Assembly: GCA_902782785.1 (NCBI GenBank)
Contig: CACZOH010000030.1
Coordinates: 1 to 36,407 of the forward strand
Length of the DNA stretch: 36,407 nt
DNA from: an uncultured Ruminococcus sp.
GTDB taxonomy: Bacteria > Bacillota > Clostridia > Oscillospirales > CAG-272
Direction of reading: 5' to 3'
Shown: piece by piece, positions 26,449 through 34,750 of the stretch
How the letters are laid out: each line of letters begins with the position of its first letter
Position numbering within the stretch: the stretch's first letter is position 1
Notes under the pieces: generated by a model
What the model saw: the letters and a program-made list of their open reading frames with translations, nothing else
Told to the model about the DNA's origin: nothing
Databases searched by the model: none
Position numbers and translations under genes: made by a program

Positions 26449-26494
26449 CCCGGCGCTCCGCATCATTAACGGACGCCGGATCTTTTTATTTTTT
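26449..26494. terminator. Bidirectional intrinsic terminator between convergent genes
   Basis: cccggcgctccg (26449-26460) / cggacgccgg (26470-26479) form a stem with one bulge. It is followed by atctttttatttttt on the + strand and gggcgttttattt on the - strand. The T-run overlaps the last plsY codons. Confidence 0.65.
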
Positions 26495-27106
26495 GCTTTT
26501 CAGGCTCCATTTTGATTCTTCGCCTTTAATCAGACGCTTAATGTTTTCTTTGTGTCTGTATATCATAAACAATACGCAGCAGGCGTAAAGGATACAAGCA
26601 ACGGCATCAGCGCCGAATATCGGCAGCAGAATCGCTCCGGTTGAAAGTGCGGACATAGTTGCAAGGGACATATATTTGACGGTCAGCAAAAGCACAGTCA
26701 TTATGGCAAAAGCGATCAATCCGACGCGCCAGTCGATGAAAAACAGCGTGGCGAGGCATACGAGAAAGCCTTTGCCGCCTTTGAATCTGTAAAACACCGG
26801 GTATGCGTGGCCGAGCATCGCAAACACGCCCGCGTACGCAGCGCCTAACTGAAATCTGCCGAATATGCCGTTGAAAGCAAGACCGAATATCAGAGCCGGC
26901 AGTGCTGCCTTGATCATATCGAATACGAATATGAACCACGCGTATTTATTGCCGTAAACGCGCTTGAAATTCGTAAAGCCGGGGTTTTTGCTTCCGACCT
27001 CGCGTATATCCTGATGATATATCGCCTTAGACAAAAGTATAGCGAGATTGAAGCCGGCGATAAGATAAGAGCATATCGCGGCTATGAACCAGATGGCAAT
27101 TCTCAT
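26486..27106 (-). CDS. plsY: Acyl-phosphate:glycerol-3-phosphate acyltransferase PlsY
   Basis: 206 aa polytopic protein with motifs GSKNPGFTN (GSGNxGATN-like) and HAYPVFYRFKGGKGF. Confidence 0.9.
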   Translation of the reverse strand: MRIAIWFIAAICSYLIAGFNLAILLSKAIYHQDIREVGSKNPGFTNFKRVYGNKYAWFIFVFDMIKAALPALIFGLAFNGIFGRFQLGAAYAGVFAMLGHAYPVFYRFKGGKGFLVCLATLFFIDWRVGLIAFAIMTVLLLTVKYMSLATMSALSTGAILLPIFGADAVACILYACCVLFMIYRHKENIKRLIKGEESKWSLKSKK

Positions 27107-27107
27107 A

Positions 27108-28004
27108 TTATTTTTCGTTTACCCTGTACGTAATCTCTTTACCGTACCCGAATACCGCGATGGCGTCGGGACCTATCGACGCACCAATGATCGGACCGAT
27201 ATAACCCACGTAAACGTCCTTGCATTTTATTTCTTCCCTGATATGCGATACGACCGCTTCAACCTCGGCTTTATCCGCGTCAGCGTGCGCAACGTAAACA
27301 GTCTGTTTTTCGGGCTCGATAATCGTTTCCTTTAACATATTTACTATTTCTTTTAAGGAATTTGCGCGTCCTTTTACCTTTTTTACAGCTGCCTGTTCTC
27401 CGTCGGCGTCTGCAATTATGATCGGTTTTACCCCGAGCAGATTTCCGAAGAAAGCAGACGACGCTTTTACTCTGCCCGCCTTGTGCAAAAACTCAAGCGT
27501 ATGCACGGTGACGAACTGATTCAAATATTTACGCCTGTCTTCCACGTACGCGGTTATTTCATCCACGGTTTTGCCCGTTTTTGCATATTCCGCCGCGTCA
27601 AGCGCGAGTATCCCCTCGCCCATGCTTGCATGATACGAATCTATACAGCTTATCTGCGCTTCCGGATATTCCTTTATCAGCTCAGCCGCAAGAACTCTCG
27701 CCGTGTTGACAGAGCCGGACTGTTTTGAGGAACAGCCGATATAAACTATGTCACATCCCGCGTCAAGATATTTTCTGAAGATCCGGTCAAATTCATCAAC
27801 AGGTACCTGCGTTGTGGTAACTCTGTTTCCGCCGCGCATAATACCGTACAAAGCGTGTACTTCTTCCTCCGTCCATGACAGATCGGCGGGCGACGTTTTT
27901 TCATTATAAACGGTATTCATAACCGCATAATCAACACCGTATCGCTGCATAAGCTCGACAGTCAGATCGGAGCAGGAGTCGGTTATTATCTGTACTTTTC
28001 TCAT
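27108..28004 (-). CDS. DegV-family fatty-acid-binding protein
   Basis: 298 aa with the ITDSCSDL N-terminus, TTQV (TSQP-like), CSSKQSGS (SSxLSGT-like) and a C-terminal IGPIIGASIGPDAIAV. Confidence 0.9.
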   Translation of the reverse strand: MRKVQIITDSCSDLTVELMQRYGVDYAVMNTVYNEKTSPADLSWTEEEVHALYGIMRGGNRVTTTQVPVDEFDRIFRKYLDAGCDIVYIGCSSKQSGSVNTARVLAAELIKEYPEAQISCIDSYHASMGEGILALDAAEYAKTGKTVDEITAYVEDRRKYLNQFVTVHTLEFLHKAGRVKASSAFFGNLLGVKPIIIADADGEQAAVKKVKGRANSLKEIVNMLKETIIEPEKQTVYVAHADADKAEVEAVVSHIREEIKCKDVYVGYIGPIIGASIGPDAIAVFGYGKEITYRVNEK

Positions 28005-28031
28005 TTTTCAGCCTTTCATATTATGATATCT

Positions 28032-28059
28032 ATTATATTATTGTATAATAAAATATCAA
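28032..28059 (-). promoter_or_regulatory. Possible sigma-A promoter for degV-plsY
   Basis: On the minus strand, TTGATA (28059-28054), a 16-nt spacer, then TATAAT (28037-28032). The region is very AT-rich, so chance matches are likely. Confidence 0.3.
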
Positions 28060-28084
28060 AATAAACCGAAAATAAACAATAACG

Positions 28085-29143
28085 TCATCCGGGCAAAAAA
28101 ACGGTGAATACGGTGTGATTGTTTTCACTTTTAACTTCGATCGTCCCTTTGTGGAGATCGATTATCTTCTTTGCAACGGCAAGACCTACGCCGTTGCCTT
28201 CTGTTGAATGTGACGCATCTGACTGATAAAATCTGTCAAATATGCGGTCCATACTCTCTTTCGGTATCGTATCTCCATCGTTTGACACCGTCACTTCAAG
28301 CCCTTTTGCGTTTTTGTTTATCGATACCTCTATAACCGTGTTCTCATATGCGAATTTGATCGCGTTGTCTATCAGATTTATGAAGACTTGTTTTAAAAGC
28401 TCTTCGTTCGCCTGGATTTTATACTCGTCAAACAACAGCGACGGCTCCAGGTTTTTTTTGGTCCATTTTGACTCAAGCATAAGAAAACAATGACGAATCT
28501 GCTCTGACAGGTTATATTCGGTAACGTCGCTCAGTATCGTCTGATTTTCAACCTTTGTCAGATTCAGAACGTTCGTCGCCATCTGCGCAAGTCTCGTCGA
28601 CTCCTCTTCTATTATCTGCAGATACTCGTCTCTTTTATCCTTCGGCAGGTCCTCACGGCGAAGAAGCCTTGCAAAGCCGGCTATCGAAACGATCGGCGTT
28701 TTGAATTCGTGCGAGAAATTGTTTATGAAATCAGTATGCACTACCTTGTTAGCCTCGAGCTGATACGCCATAGCGTTGAAGCTGTTTGTAAGCTCGTTTA
28801 TCGTGGGTATTTTTGCAAACGGAGTTTTGAATGTCAGACGCGCCGAATAGTCTCCCGACGCGACTTTATTTATGGCGTTGAGGATCCTGTTTATCGGAAT
28901 AAGCGAAAAACGGCTCGTTGAACCGTATATAACAAATCCGGTCCCTAAGCTCAGAAGCGTCATAACGAGTATGAACGAACCGAAATTAAGCTCGTTATCG
29001 CCTATTTTCAGCGTTCCTTGATATACAAGGTAAAAAACGACGACCGCAACGATAACGCTTGTGAGCAAAAGAATCGCCAGCACCATGCCGGAAAACATAA
29101 GCGCAAGCGATATTCTGTATTTTCTTTCCGGTTTTTTCTTCAT
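28085..29143 (-). CDS. Sensor histidine kinase with a minimal extracellular loop (intramembrane-sensing type)
   Basis: 352 aa with two TM helices separated by about 13 residues, a HAMP-like linker, an H-box FSHEFKTPI, an N-box NLIDNAIKF and G-boxes DGDTIP / GNGVGLAV. Confidence 0.85.
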   Translation of the reverse strand: MKKKPERKYRISLALMFSGMVLAILLLTSVIVAVVVFYLVYQGTLKIGDNELNFGSFILVMTLLSLGTGFVIYGSTSRFSLIPINRILNAINKVASGDYSARLTFKTPFAKIPTINELTNSFNAMAYQLEANKVVHTDFINNFSHEFKTPIVSIAGFARLLRREDLPKDKRDEYLQIIEEESTRLAQMATNVLNLTKVENQTILSDVTEYNLSEQIRHCFLMLESKWTKKNLEPSLLFDEYKIQANEELLKQVFINLIDNAIKFAYENTVIEVSINKNAKGLEVTVSNDGDTIPKESMDRIFDRFYQSDASHSTEGNGVGLAVAKKIIDLHKGTIEVKSENNHTVFTVFLPG

Positions 29144-29814
29144 ACCTTTTTCACCGCCTTATAACCGAGCCCTCTTACGGACTGAATCTCAAATTCATCC
29201 CAGCCTTCAAATCTTTTGCGCAGTCTGCCTATATGTACCGTGACCGTTTCCCAGCCGGTGTCGCTCTCCGCGCCCCATATCTCGTCCATTAACTGTATCC
29301 TTGTAAAAATTTTGCCGGGAAACGACAGAAGCTTATACAAAAGCAGAAATTCCTTTTGCGGAAGCTCCTGCGATACGCCGTTTTTCGTAACGGTCTGACC
29401 GTCGTAATCGATAACGACGCCGCCTATTTCTATCTTTCTTTCACTCGCTATCCTCGCACGGCGCAGAAGCGCTTTTATTCTCAAAAGCATTTCCGTTTCG
29501 TCAACGGGTTTCGTGATATAATCGTCCGTTCCCGAAATAAAGCCTTTGTGTCTGTCCTCGGGCAGCTGCATCGCCGAGACCATAAGTATCGGTATATCGT
29601 TTCTCGTCTCGCGCAGGGCGCGCGTAAGCTCATACCCGTTCATTTTTGGCATCATAACGTCAAGAACTATAAGATCTATATACTCCTTATCAAGTATCTC
29701 AAGAGCTTCTTCTCCGTTTGAGCACGTAAAAACGGTATAATTTTCCGCTTCAAGCACTGCTTTTATATATTTTCTTATGTTTTTATCGTCGTCCGCGACA
29801 AGAATTTTAAACAT
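29140..29814 (-). CDS. OmpR-family response regulator
   Basis: The receiver domain has ILVADDD, LDVMMP and a K at VSA..., followed by a winged-helix domain (TVTVHIGRLRKRF). The start is set at MFKILV (29814), with GGAG 7 nt upstream. The tracked 29847 start lies inside the upstream terminator hairpin. Confidence 0.9.
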   Translation of the reverse strand: MFKILVADDDKNIRKYIKAVLEAENYTVFTCSNGEEALEILDKEYIDLIVLDVMMPKMNGYELTRALRETRNDIPILMVSAMQLPEDRHKGFISGTDDYITKPVDETEMLLRIKALLRRARIASERKIEIGGVVIDYDGQTVTKNGVSQELPQKEFLLLYKLLSFPGKIFTRIQLMDEIWGAESDTGWETVTVHIGRLRKRFEGWDEFEIQSVRGLGYKAVKKV

Positions 29815-29830
29815 ATCGTCTCTCCAAAGT

Positions 29831-29860
29831 AAAAACGGTACGCGCAAAAAAACGTACCGT
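29831..29860 (-). terminator. Intrinsic terminator after the small acidic-tail protein gene
   Basis: acggtacg (29835-29842) / cgtaccgt (29853-29860) form the hairpin. On the minus strand it is followed by TTTTACTTT. A T6 run also follows on the plus strand. Confidence 0.55.
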
Positions 29861-29872
29861 CTTTTTTATATT

Positions 29873-30265
29873 TTATTCTTCTTCTTTATTCTCTTCGTTC
29901 TCTTCTTCATCCTCAAACTCGTCCTCGTACCACTTTAAATCGTCGGTCTCGTCCACGTTTTCGGAATATGAATTGAAATCGTCGTCCATATCGAAGCTCT
30001 TTTCCTTGTCGCCGAGCGTATATTCGGCAAGCTTTTTTGAAAGCGCCGGAGCTGCAAGCTCTTTATATAAGAAATAGCTTCCTACCGCGCCTCCTATCGC
30101 CGATATTATCATGACAACGCCCGAAGCTTTACTTTTTTTAGCGGAAACAAGCGACATTATAAGCGCCGAGATAAACTGCGCAACGAGCGCGAACGCGGCT
30201 ATAAGGTTTATCAGCCTTTCGTTTTCCTTATACTTTTCTTTACCTGTGCTGAAATTGATTTTCAT
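29873..30265 (-). CDS. Hypothetical small 2-TM protein with a poly-acidic C-terminal tail
   Basis: 130 aa with two hydrophobic helices (res ~19-67), then a tail very rich in D/E (…DMDDDFNSYSENVDETDDLKWYEDEFEDEEENEENKEEE). An AGGAG SD overlaps the prfB stop, and the gap to prfB is 13 nt. Confidence 0.6.
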   Translation of the reverse strand: MKINFSTGKEKYKENERLINLIAAFALVAQFISALIMSLVSAKKSKASGVVMIISAIGGAVGSYFLYKELAAPALSKKLAEYTLGDKEKSFDMDDDFNSYSENVDETDDLKWYEDEFEDEEENEENKEEE

Positions 30266-30278
30266 TTTTTCTCTCCTT

Positions 30279-31388
30279 TCAGATCTTGACGTACATTCTT
30301 AAATACGCGTTTATGAAGCCCTCAAGATCTCCATCCATTACCGCCTGGATATTACCCGTTTCGTATCCCGTCCTTGCGTCTTTGACGAGCGTATACGGCA
30401 TAAAGACGTATGATCTTATCTGAGAACCCCATTCAATGTTTGTTTTTTCTCCCTTTATATCATCTATCTTTTCAAGATTTTCCCTGATTTTTATTTCAAC
30501 AAGCTTGCTTTTCAGCATTTTAAGCGCGGTCTCTTTATTCTGCAGCTGGCTCCGTTCAGTCTGACAGCCTACCACTATACCCGTGGGCTTGTGGACTATC
30601 CTTATGGCGGATTCCGTTTTGTTTATATGCTGACCGCCCGCGCCGCTTGATTTATGCGTAGTTATTTCTATATCCTCATCCTTTATCTCAATATCGTTCG
30701 TATCGTCCATTTCGGGTATGACCTCGACAGAAGCGAACGAGGTATGGCGACGGCCCGATGCGTCGAACGGCGACACGCGGACAAGTCTGTGAACGCCGGA
30801 TTCGCTTTTCAGATAACCGTAGGCGTTAATTCCCTCGACCGTTATCGTTGCGCTTTTTATACCCGCTTCTTCTCCGTCAAGCCAGTCTACAAGCTTGACC
30901 TTGTAACCGTTTTTCTCACCCCAGCGCGTGTACATTCTGTAAAGCATCTGCGCCCAGTCCTGAGCCTCCGTACCGCCCGCGCCCGGGTGGAATGAAACTA
31001 TCGCGTTGTTTCTGTCATATTCTCCGGAGAGCAGTACCTCTATATTAAGATGCTCAAGCTTTTCTTCAATCTTTGCTACGTCCGCCAAAAACTCCTCTGT
31101 ATTTGAGTCGTCTTCCTCCTCTATCGACATTTCGATAAGATCGTACGTATCGTCGACGTCAGCTTTAAGCTTTTCATAGACCTCTATTTTGTCCTTGATC
31201 GCCTTCAGCTGCTGAAGATGCTTTGCCGATTTTGCCTGATCGCCCCAGAATTCGGGATCCTCCATCTGAGCGTCCATATCGGCGGCGGTTTTGCGCAGCT
31301 CGTCGATTTTAATGGTGATGCCGTATTCCTTTACCTGATTCTTTAGGTCAGAGAGCTTGAGTTTTGCTTCTTCAAGTTGAATTATCAT
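30279..31388 (-). CDS. prfB: Peptide chain release factor 2, encoded in a single uninterrupted frame
   Basis: 369 aa with the RF2-specific SPF tripeptide (VSPFDASGRRHTSF) and the GGQ motif (SGAGGQHINKTESA). A GGAGG SD is present. Confidence 0.9.
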   Translation of the reverse strand: MIIQLEEAKLKLSDLKNQVKEYGITIKIDELRKTAADMDAQMEDPEFWGDQAKSAKHLQQLKAIKDKIEVYEKLKADVDDTYDLIEMSIEEEDDSNTEEFLADVAKIEEKLEHLNIEVLLSGEYDRNNAIVSFHPGAGGTEAQDWAQMLYRMYTRWGEKNGYKVKLVDWLDGEEAGIKSATITVEGINAYGYLKSESGVHRLVRVSPFDASGRRHTSFASVEVIPEMDDTNDIEIKDEDIEITTHKSSGAGGQHINKTESAIRIVHKPTGIVVGCQTERSQLQNKETALKMLKSKLVEIKIRENLEKIDDIKGEKTNIEWGSQIRSYVFMPYTLVKDARTGYETGNIQAVMDGDLEGFINAYLRMYVKI

Positions 31389-31415
31389 TGATAACCGTCC
31401 TCCGTTGTTATCGCC

Positions 31416-31440
31416 GCAGGGGCGTTAAATCCGCCCCTGC
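31416..31440 (-). other. GC-rich hairpin between the PHP gene and prfB (no U-tract)
   Basis: gcaggggcg (31416-31424) / cgcccctgc (31432-31440) with a 7-nt loop. On the minus strand it is followed by ggcgataac, which is not T-rich. Confidence 0.35.
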
Positions 31441-31452
31441 AAACGGTTTTAA

Positions 31453-32724
31453 TTATGCTTTTGTTTTGTAATAAGCTATTCTGTCCTTGACGGACGGAAC
31501 TTCAAGTATCGTTTTGTCCGAAAACATTGCGCGGGATAAATCCTTCGACGCTTCGTTTTCCGCTCCGATCAACGCGTACGTTGCGTCGACAAGATGAGCG
31601 TATAACGGGTTGTCGAGCTGGCGGCAGATGAATTCCTGACGCGGCGAGTTTATGTCGACGCCGCTTATCTGGAACAGATTGTATCTGTCGCAGTACGCCA
31701 TAACGCGCTTTAACTGATCCTCCGTGTTTCTCGTGGGCATATACGTCACGGCGTCAAAGCCGAGCTCCTTCAGCGTGTCGAACAGAAGCGGCAGATAATC
31801 GTCCTCGAATTTCTGCGCCTTTTTGTCTCCCGTTACGGAATCGCCGACGTCGCCCAGATACGCGTAAGCGGATATCGCGCCGCTCTTGCCGCAAATGTCA
31901 ATATAATCATATACGGACGGACATTCCTCATCGGCGTCGATATAGAATTTTTCGACCATTTCAGCTTTAAGAGCGCCGAGTATATCGTACTCATAGAAAT
32001 CGGGCGTGTTCTCGCCGTTCAATATCTGAGCCTCGACCTTAGCGGACATTGCGACGTGCATATCGTTTTTAAAGAAATCAACGACCTCTTTCGGCGTCGG
32101 ATACTTTGCGGTGACTTTCTTTGCAAGTGCGAAAAGGATGTGTCTTTCCGTTACGGAACCGCCCTCCGCCGCTTTTGACAGCGGCAGAACGTCACGGTCA
32201 AAATCAAGGTCGAGACCGTAAGGAGCAACGAGCAGAGTTATATTTTCGCACATCTTTCTGTTGCGCTCGTTTCTTTTCGCCCTGTACGGCTTGATGAATT
32301 CCTCTATCATATCTATGCTTTGATGAGGTATGCCGTGCAGCGCGACGTACGCAACGGATTTCTGGTCGGGATTGTTTATCTTTTTGCCGTTCAACGCGGT
32401 CTTAGACATATCGCAGCGGATCTCCATACCGCACGTTATGGGCATGTTGAGTATCTTTCCCGCTTCTATGAATTCGCGGATGCCGCCGACGGAATCGTGA
32501 TCCATGATGCCCGCGGTCTTAAGTCCCGACTGCCACGCCATGTAAAGCGCTTTTGTCGGCGAGTACGGCGAGAAAGAATACTGCGTGTGTATGTGGTTGT
32601 TGACGTAAGGAGTATCCGCGGGAGCGGGAAGCTTACCTTCATCGGTAAGCTTCTTTATCTCGCGAAGCGCGTCAAGACGTATGTTAACGTCGTTGTCGTT
32701 AAGTTTTGCAATTAAATCGGTCAT
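31453..32724 (-). CDS. PHP-domain metal-dependent phosphoesterase-like protein
   Basis: 423 aa with the N-terminal PHP signatures NNHIHTQYS (HxH) and IMDHDS. The long C-terminal part is unassigned. Confidence 0.6.
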   Translation of the reverse strand: MTDLIAKLNDNDVNIRLDALREIKKLTDEGKLPAPADTPYVNNHIHTQYSFSPYSPTKALYMAWQSGLKTAGIMDHDSVGGIREFIEAGKILNMPITCGMEIRCDMSKTALNGKKINNPDQKSVAYVALHGIPHQSIDMIEEFIKPYRAKRNERNRKMCENITLLVAPYGLDLDFDRDVLPLSKAAEGGSVTERHILFALAKKVTAKYPTPKEVVDFFKNDMHVAMSAKVEAQILNGENTPDFYEYDILGALKAEMVEKFYIDADEECPSVYDYIDICGKSGAISAYAYLGDVGDSVTGDKKAQKFEDDYLPLLFDTLKELGFDAVTYMPTRNTEDQLKRVMAYCDRYNLFQISGVDINSPRQEFICRQLDNPLYAHLVDATYALIGAENEASKDLSRAMFSDKTILEVPSVKDRIAYYKTKA

Positions 32725-32735
32725 GATCTCCTCCG

Positions 32736-34721
32736 TCAGTTGAGCATTATCTGACCGCCGGTAACGGGCACCGCCTGACCGGTCTCATACTTCTGCTCTA
32801 CAACGTAGGTGATCGCTCTTGCTACGTCAGCCGGCAGGCAGCCGCGTTTGATCGGCGTCTTGCTCATATAGAACGCACGTACGTCCTCGACAGTCTTTGC
32901 TCCGGGGACCTTGCCCGCGTTAAGATACTGAACGAACAGACCTTTTACGGGGTCGCTCCACAGCGGACCGTCAAGATAGTTTCCAGGGCAGACAGCGTTG
33001 ACTTTTATGTTGTAGTCAACGAGTTCGAGCGCGAAGGACTGGGTAAGACCTATACCGCCGAATTTGGAACCCGCATACGCAAAGTTCTTGTTTGAGCCTT
33101 CAAGACCGGACTTGGAGTTGACGGTTACGATATCCGCCATATACTCGGGCGCAAATCTGTGCTGTATCTTCATATATCTGCTCGCGTATTTGGTGCAGAG
33201 ATAGTAGCCGGTGTAGTTTATAGCCGTTACGAGTTCAAAGCGCTGTTTCGTCATTTCCTCAACGTTGCCCGCTATCGCTATGCCGGCGTTGGAAACGAAT
33301 ATATCTATACCGCCGAACGTAAGGACGGTATCTATGAGCATTTTTTCCACAAGCTCCTCGTTTGATACGTCAACGTCAACGGATATGGCTTTGTTACCGC
33401 CGTTGTTTGCGTTGATCTCCTCAACGACAGCTGCGGATAACTCCGCCTGTTTCGGGATATCGGCGATAACAACGTATGCGCCGTCCTTTGCAAGCTCTTC
33501 CGCTATACCTTTGCCGAAGCCCTGCGCGGAACCCGTGACAACGGTTATCTTTTCCGCAAGACGCTTTGTGCCGGCGCCGGACATCGATACCTTGGAACGG
33601 TAGGACTCGACTTCCCAGTTTGTGATGAAGTCAATAAGCTCGTCGGACATGGGATTGTAACCGCCGAACGCTTCCGCATATACCGCTATCTTCATCATAT
33701 CCTGGAACACTTCCGCCGCGACCTTTGCGTTCTTATGCGTCGTTCCGACGGAGAACATACCGATATTCTGAACGAAAACTATCTTCGGCTTATATCCGCG
33801 CTTTTCTTCAAATTCTTCAAAGCCCTTCTGAATATCTGAGTATACCTGCTCGATATCGCCGCTGTCTTCAACGTACAGAGCGTACGCTTTGCAGTAAACG
33901 ATATGGTCGGGAGAATAGCTCTTGTAAAGCGGCTCGAAAGCTTCTCTGCTCTTTGCAAAATTAAGTATCTCTTTGTTTGCCGTGTAAAGCACGCTGCAAA
34001 GCTCGTCGCCGGAATAAAGCATCCTTATCGCGGGAGCTATAAGTGAGGCTCTCTGCCTGTCCGTTTCGGCGGGCGAAAGGTCGGGTTCTCTCTTTACGCA
34101 GGCTTTGAGTCTGGTCATGACGTTCGATACTATCGCGTCAAGCACTTCAACGCTGTCCGCGCCGAAGAAAATGCCGTGATTTTCAAGGAATATGACGTTA
34201 GGCGTTTTGTTGTGAGTGTTTACGTATTCAAGCACAGCTTTTCTGCAGTATGCCGCAAGAATGTAGCCCGGCTTTGTAGACGGGACCCAGATTGCGTCCG
34301 GGAAAAGTCTGTACATAGCCTCGGAGCCTTCCTTTGAGCAGGTAAGACCGTTTACGAGAGCGGGATGAACGTGCAGTACGAACTGCTGCTTCAGCAGGTT
34401 GTGGAGAAGGGTTTCAACGCTCGGGCGTTTCGCTTCCTCACCCTTGCAGCGAGCGTCCATCATATCGGAAAGCACCGCCGCTTCTCTCTCGGCCTCGTCT
34501 ATCGGATACGTTTTGTTCCACATACCGTTGAGCGCGGCTCTGTCCATTTTTACGAACTGCTCGGCTTTGATCGTCGAAAGAGACGAGCCGGAGCCTTTTA
34601 TAAAGAGGTAATCTTCCGTTTTAAAAGACGTGTTTCCGCCGCCGGCGAGAACAAATTCGGGATTGCTGCCGTATTTGTGGGAGAATTCAACAAGCGCGGC
34701 AAGACCTTCGTTGATTGTCAT
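32736..34721 (-). CDS. Bifunctional class II aldolase/adducin-domain plus short-chain dehydrogenase fusion (YuxG/RhaEW-like)
   Basis: 661 aa. The N-terminal ~380 aa are aldolase-like. The C-terminal SDR has TGSAQGFGKGIA (TGxxxGxG), NAG and YAGSKFGG (YxxxK). Confidence 0.75.
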   Translation of the reverse strand: MTINEGLAALVEFSHKYGSNPEFVLAGGGNTSFKTEDYLFIKGSGSSLSTIKAEQFVKMDRAALNGMWNKTYPIDEAEREAAVLSDMMDARCKGEEAKRPSVETLLHNLLKQQFVLHVHPALVNGLTCSKEGSEAMYRLFPDAIWVPSTKPGYILAAYCRKAVLEYVNTHNKTPNVIFLENHGIFFGADSVEVLDAIVSNVMTRLKACVKREPDLSPAETDRQRASLIAPAIRMLYSGDELCSVLYTANKEILNFAKSREAFEPLYKSYSPDHIVYCKAYALYVEDSGDIEQVYSDIQKGFEEFEEKRGYKPKIVFVQNIGMFSVGTTHKNAKVAAEVFQDMMKIAVYAEAFGGYNPMSDELIDFITNWEVESYRSKVSMSGAGTKRLAEKITVVTGSAQGFGKGIAEELAKDGAYVVIADIPKQAELSAAVVEEINANNGGNKAISVDVDVSNEELVEKMLIDTVLTFGGIDIFVSNAGIAIAGNVEEMTKQRFELVTAINYTGYYLCTKYASRYMKIQHRFAPEYMADIVTVNSKSGLEGSNKNFAYAGSKFGGIGLTQSFALELVDYNIKVNAVCPGNYLDGPLWSDPVKGLFVQYLNAGKVPGAKTVEDVRAFYMSKTPIKRGCLPADVARAITYVVEQKYETGQAVPVTGGQIMLN

Positions 34722-34750
34722 GATAATTATATCCTTTCAATATTTTTATA

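Noticed and set aside
29815-29847. An 11-codon extension of the response regulator (tracked start 29847).
   Set aside because: That start codon would sit inside the terminator hairpin (29835-29860). MFKILVADDD at 29814 is the canonical receiver N-terminus and has a GGAG SD.
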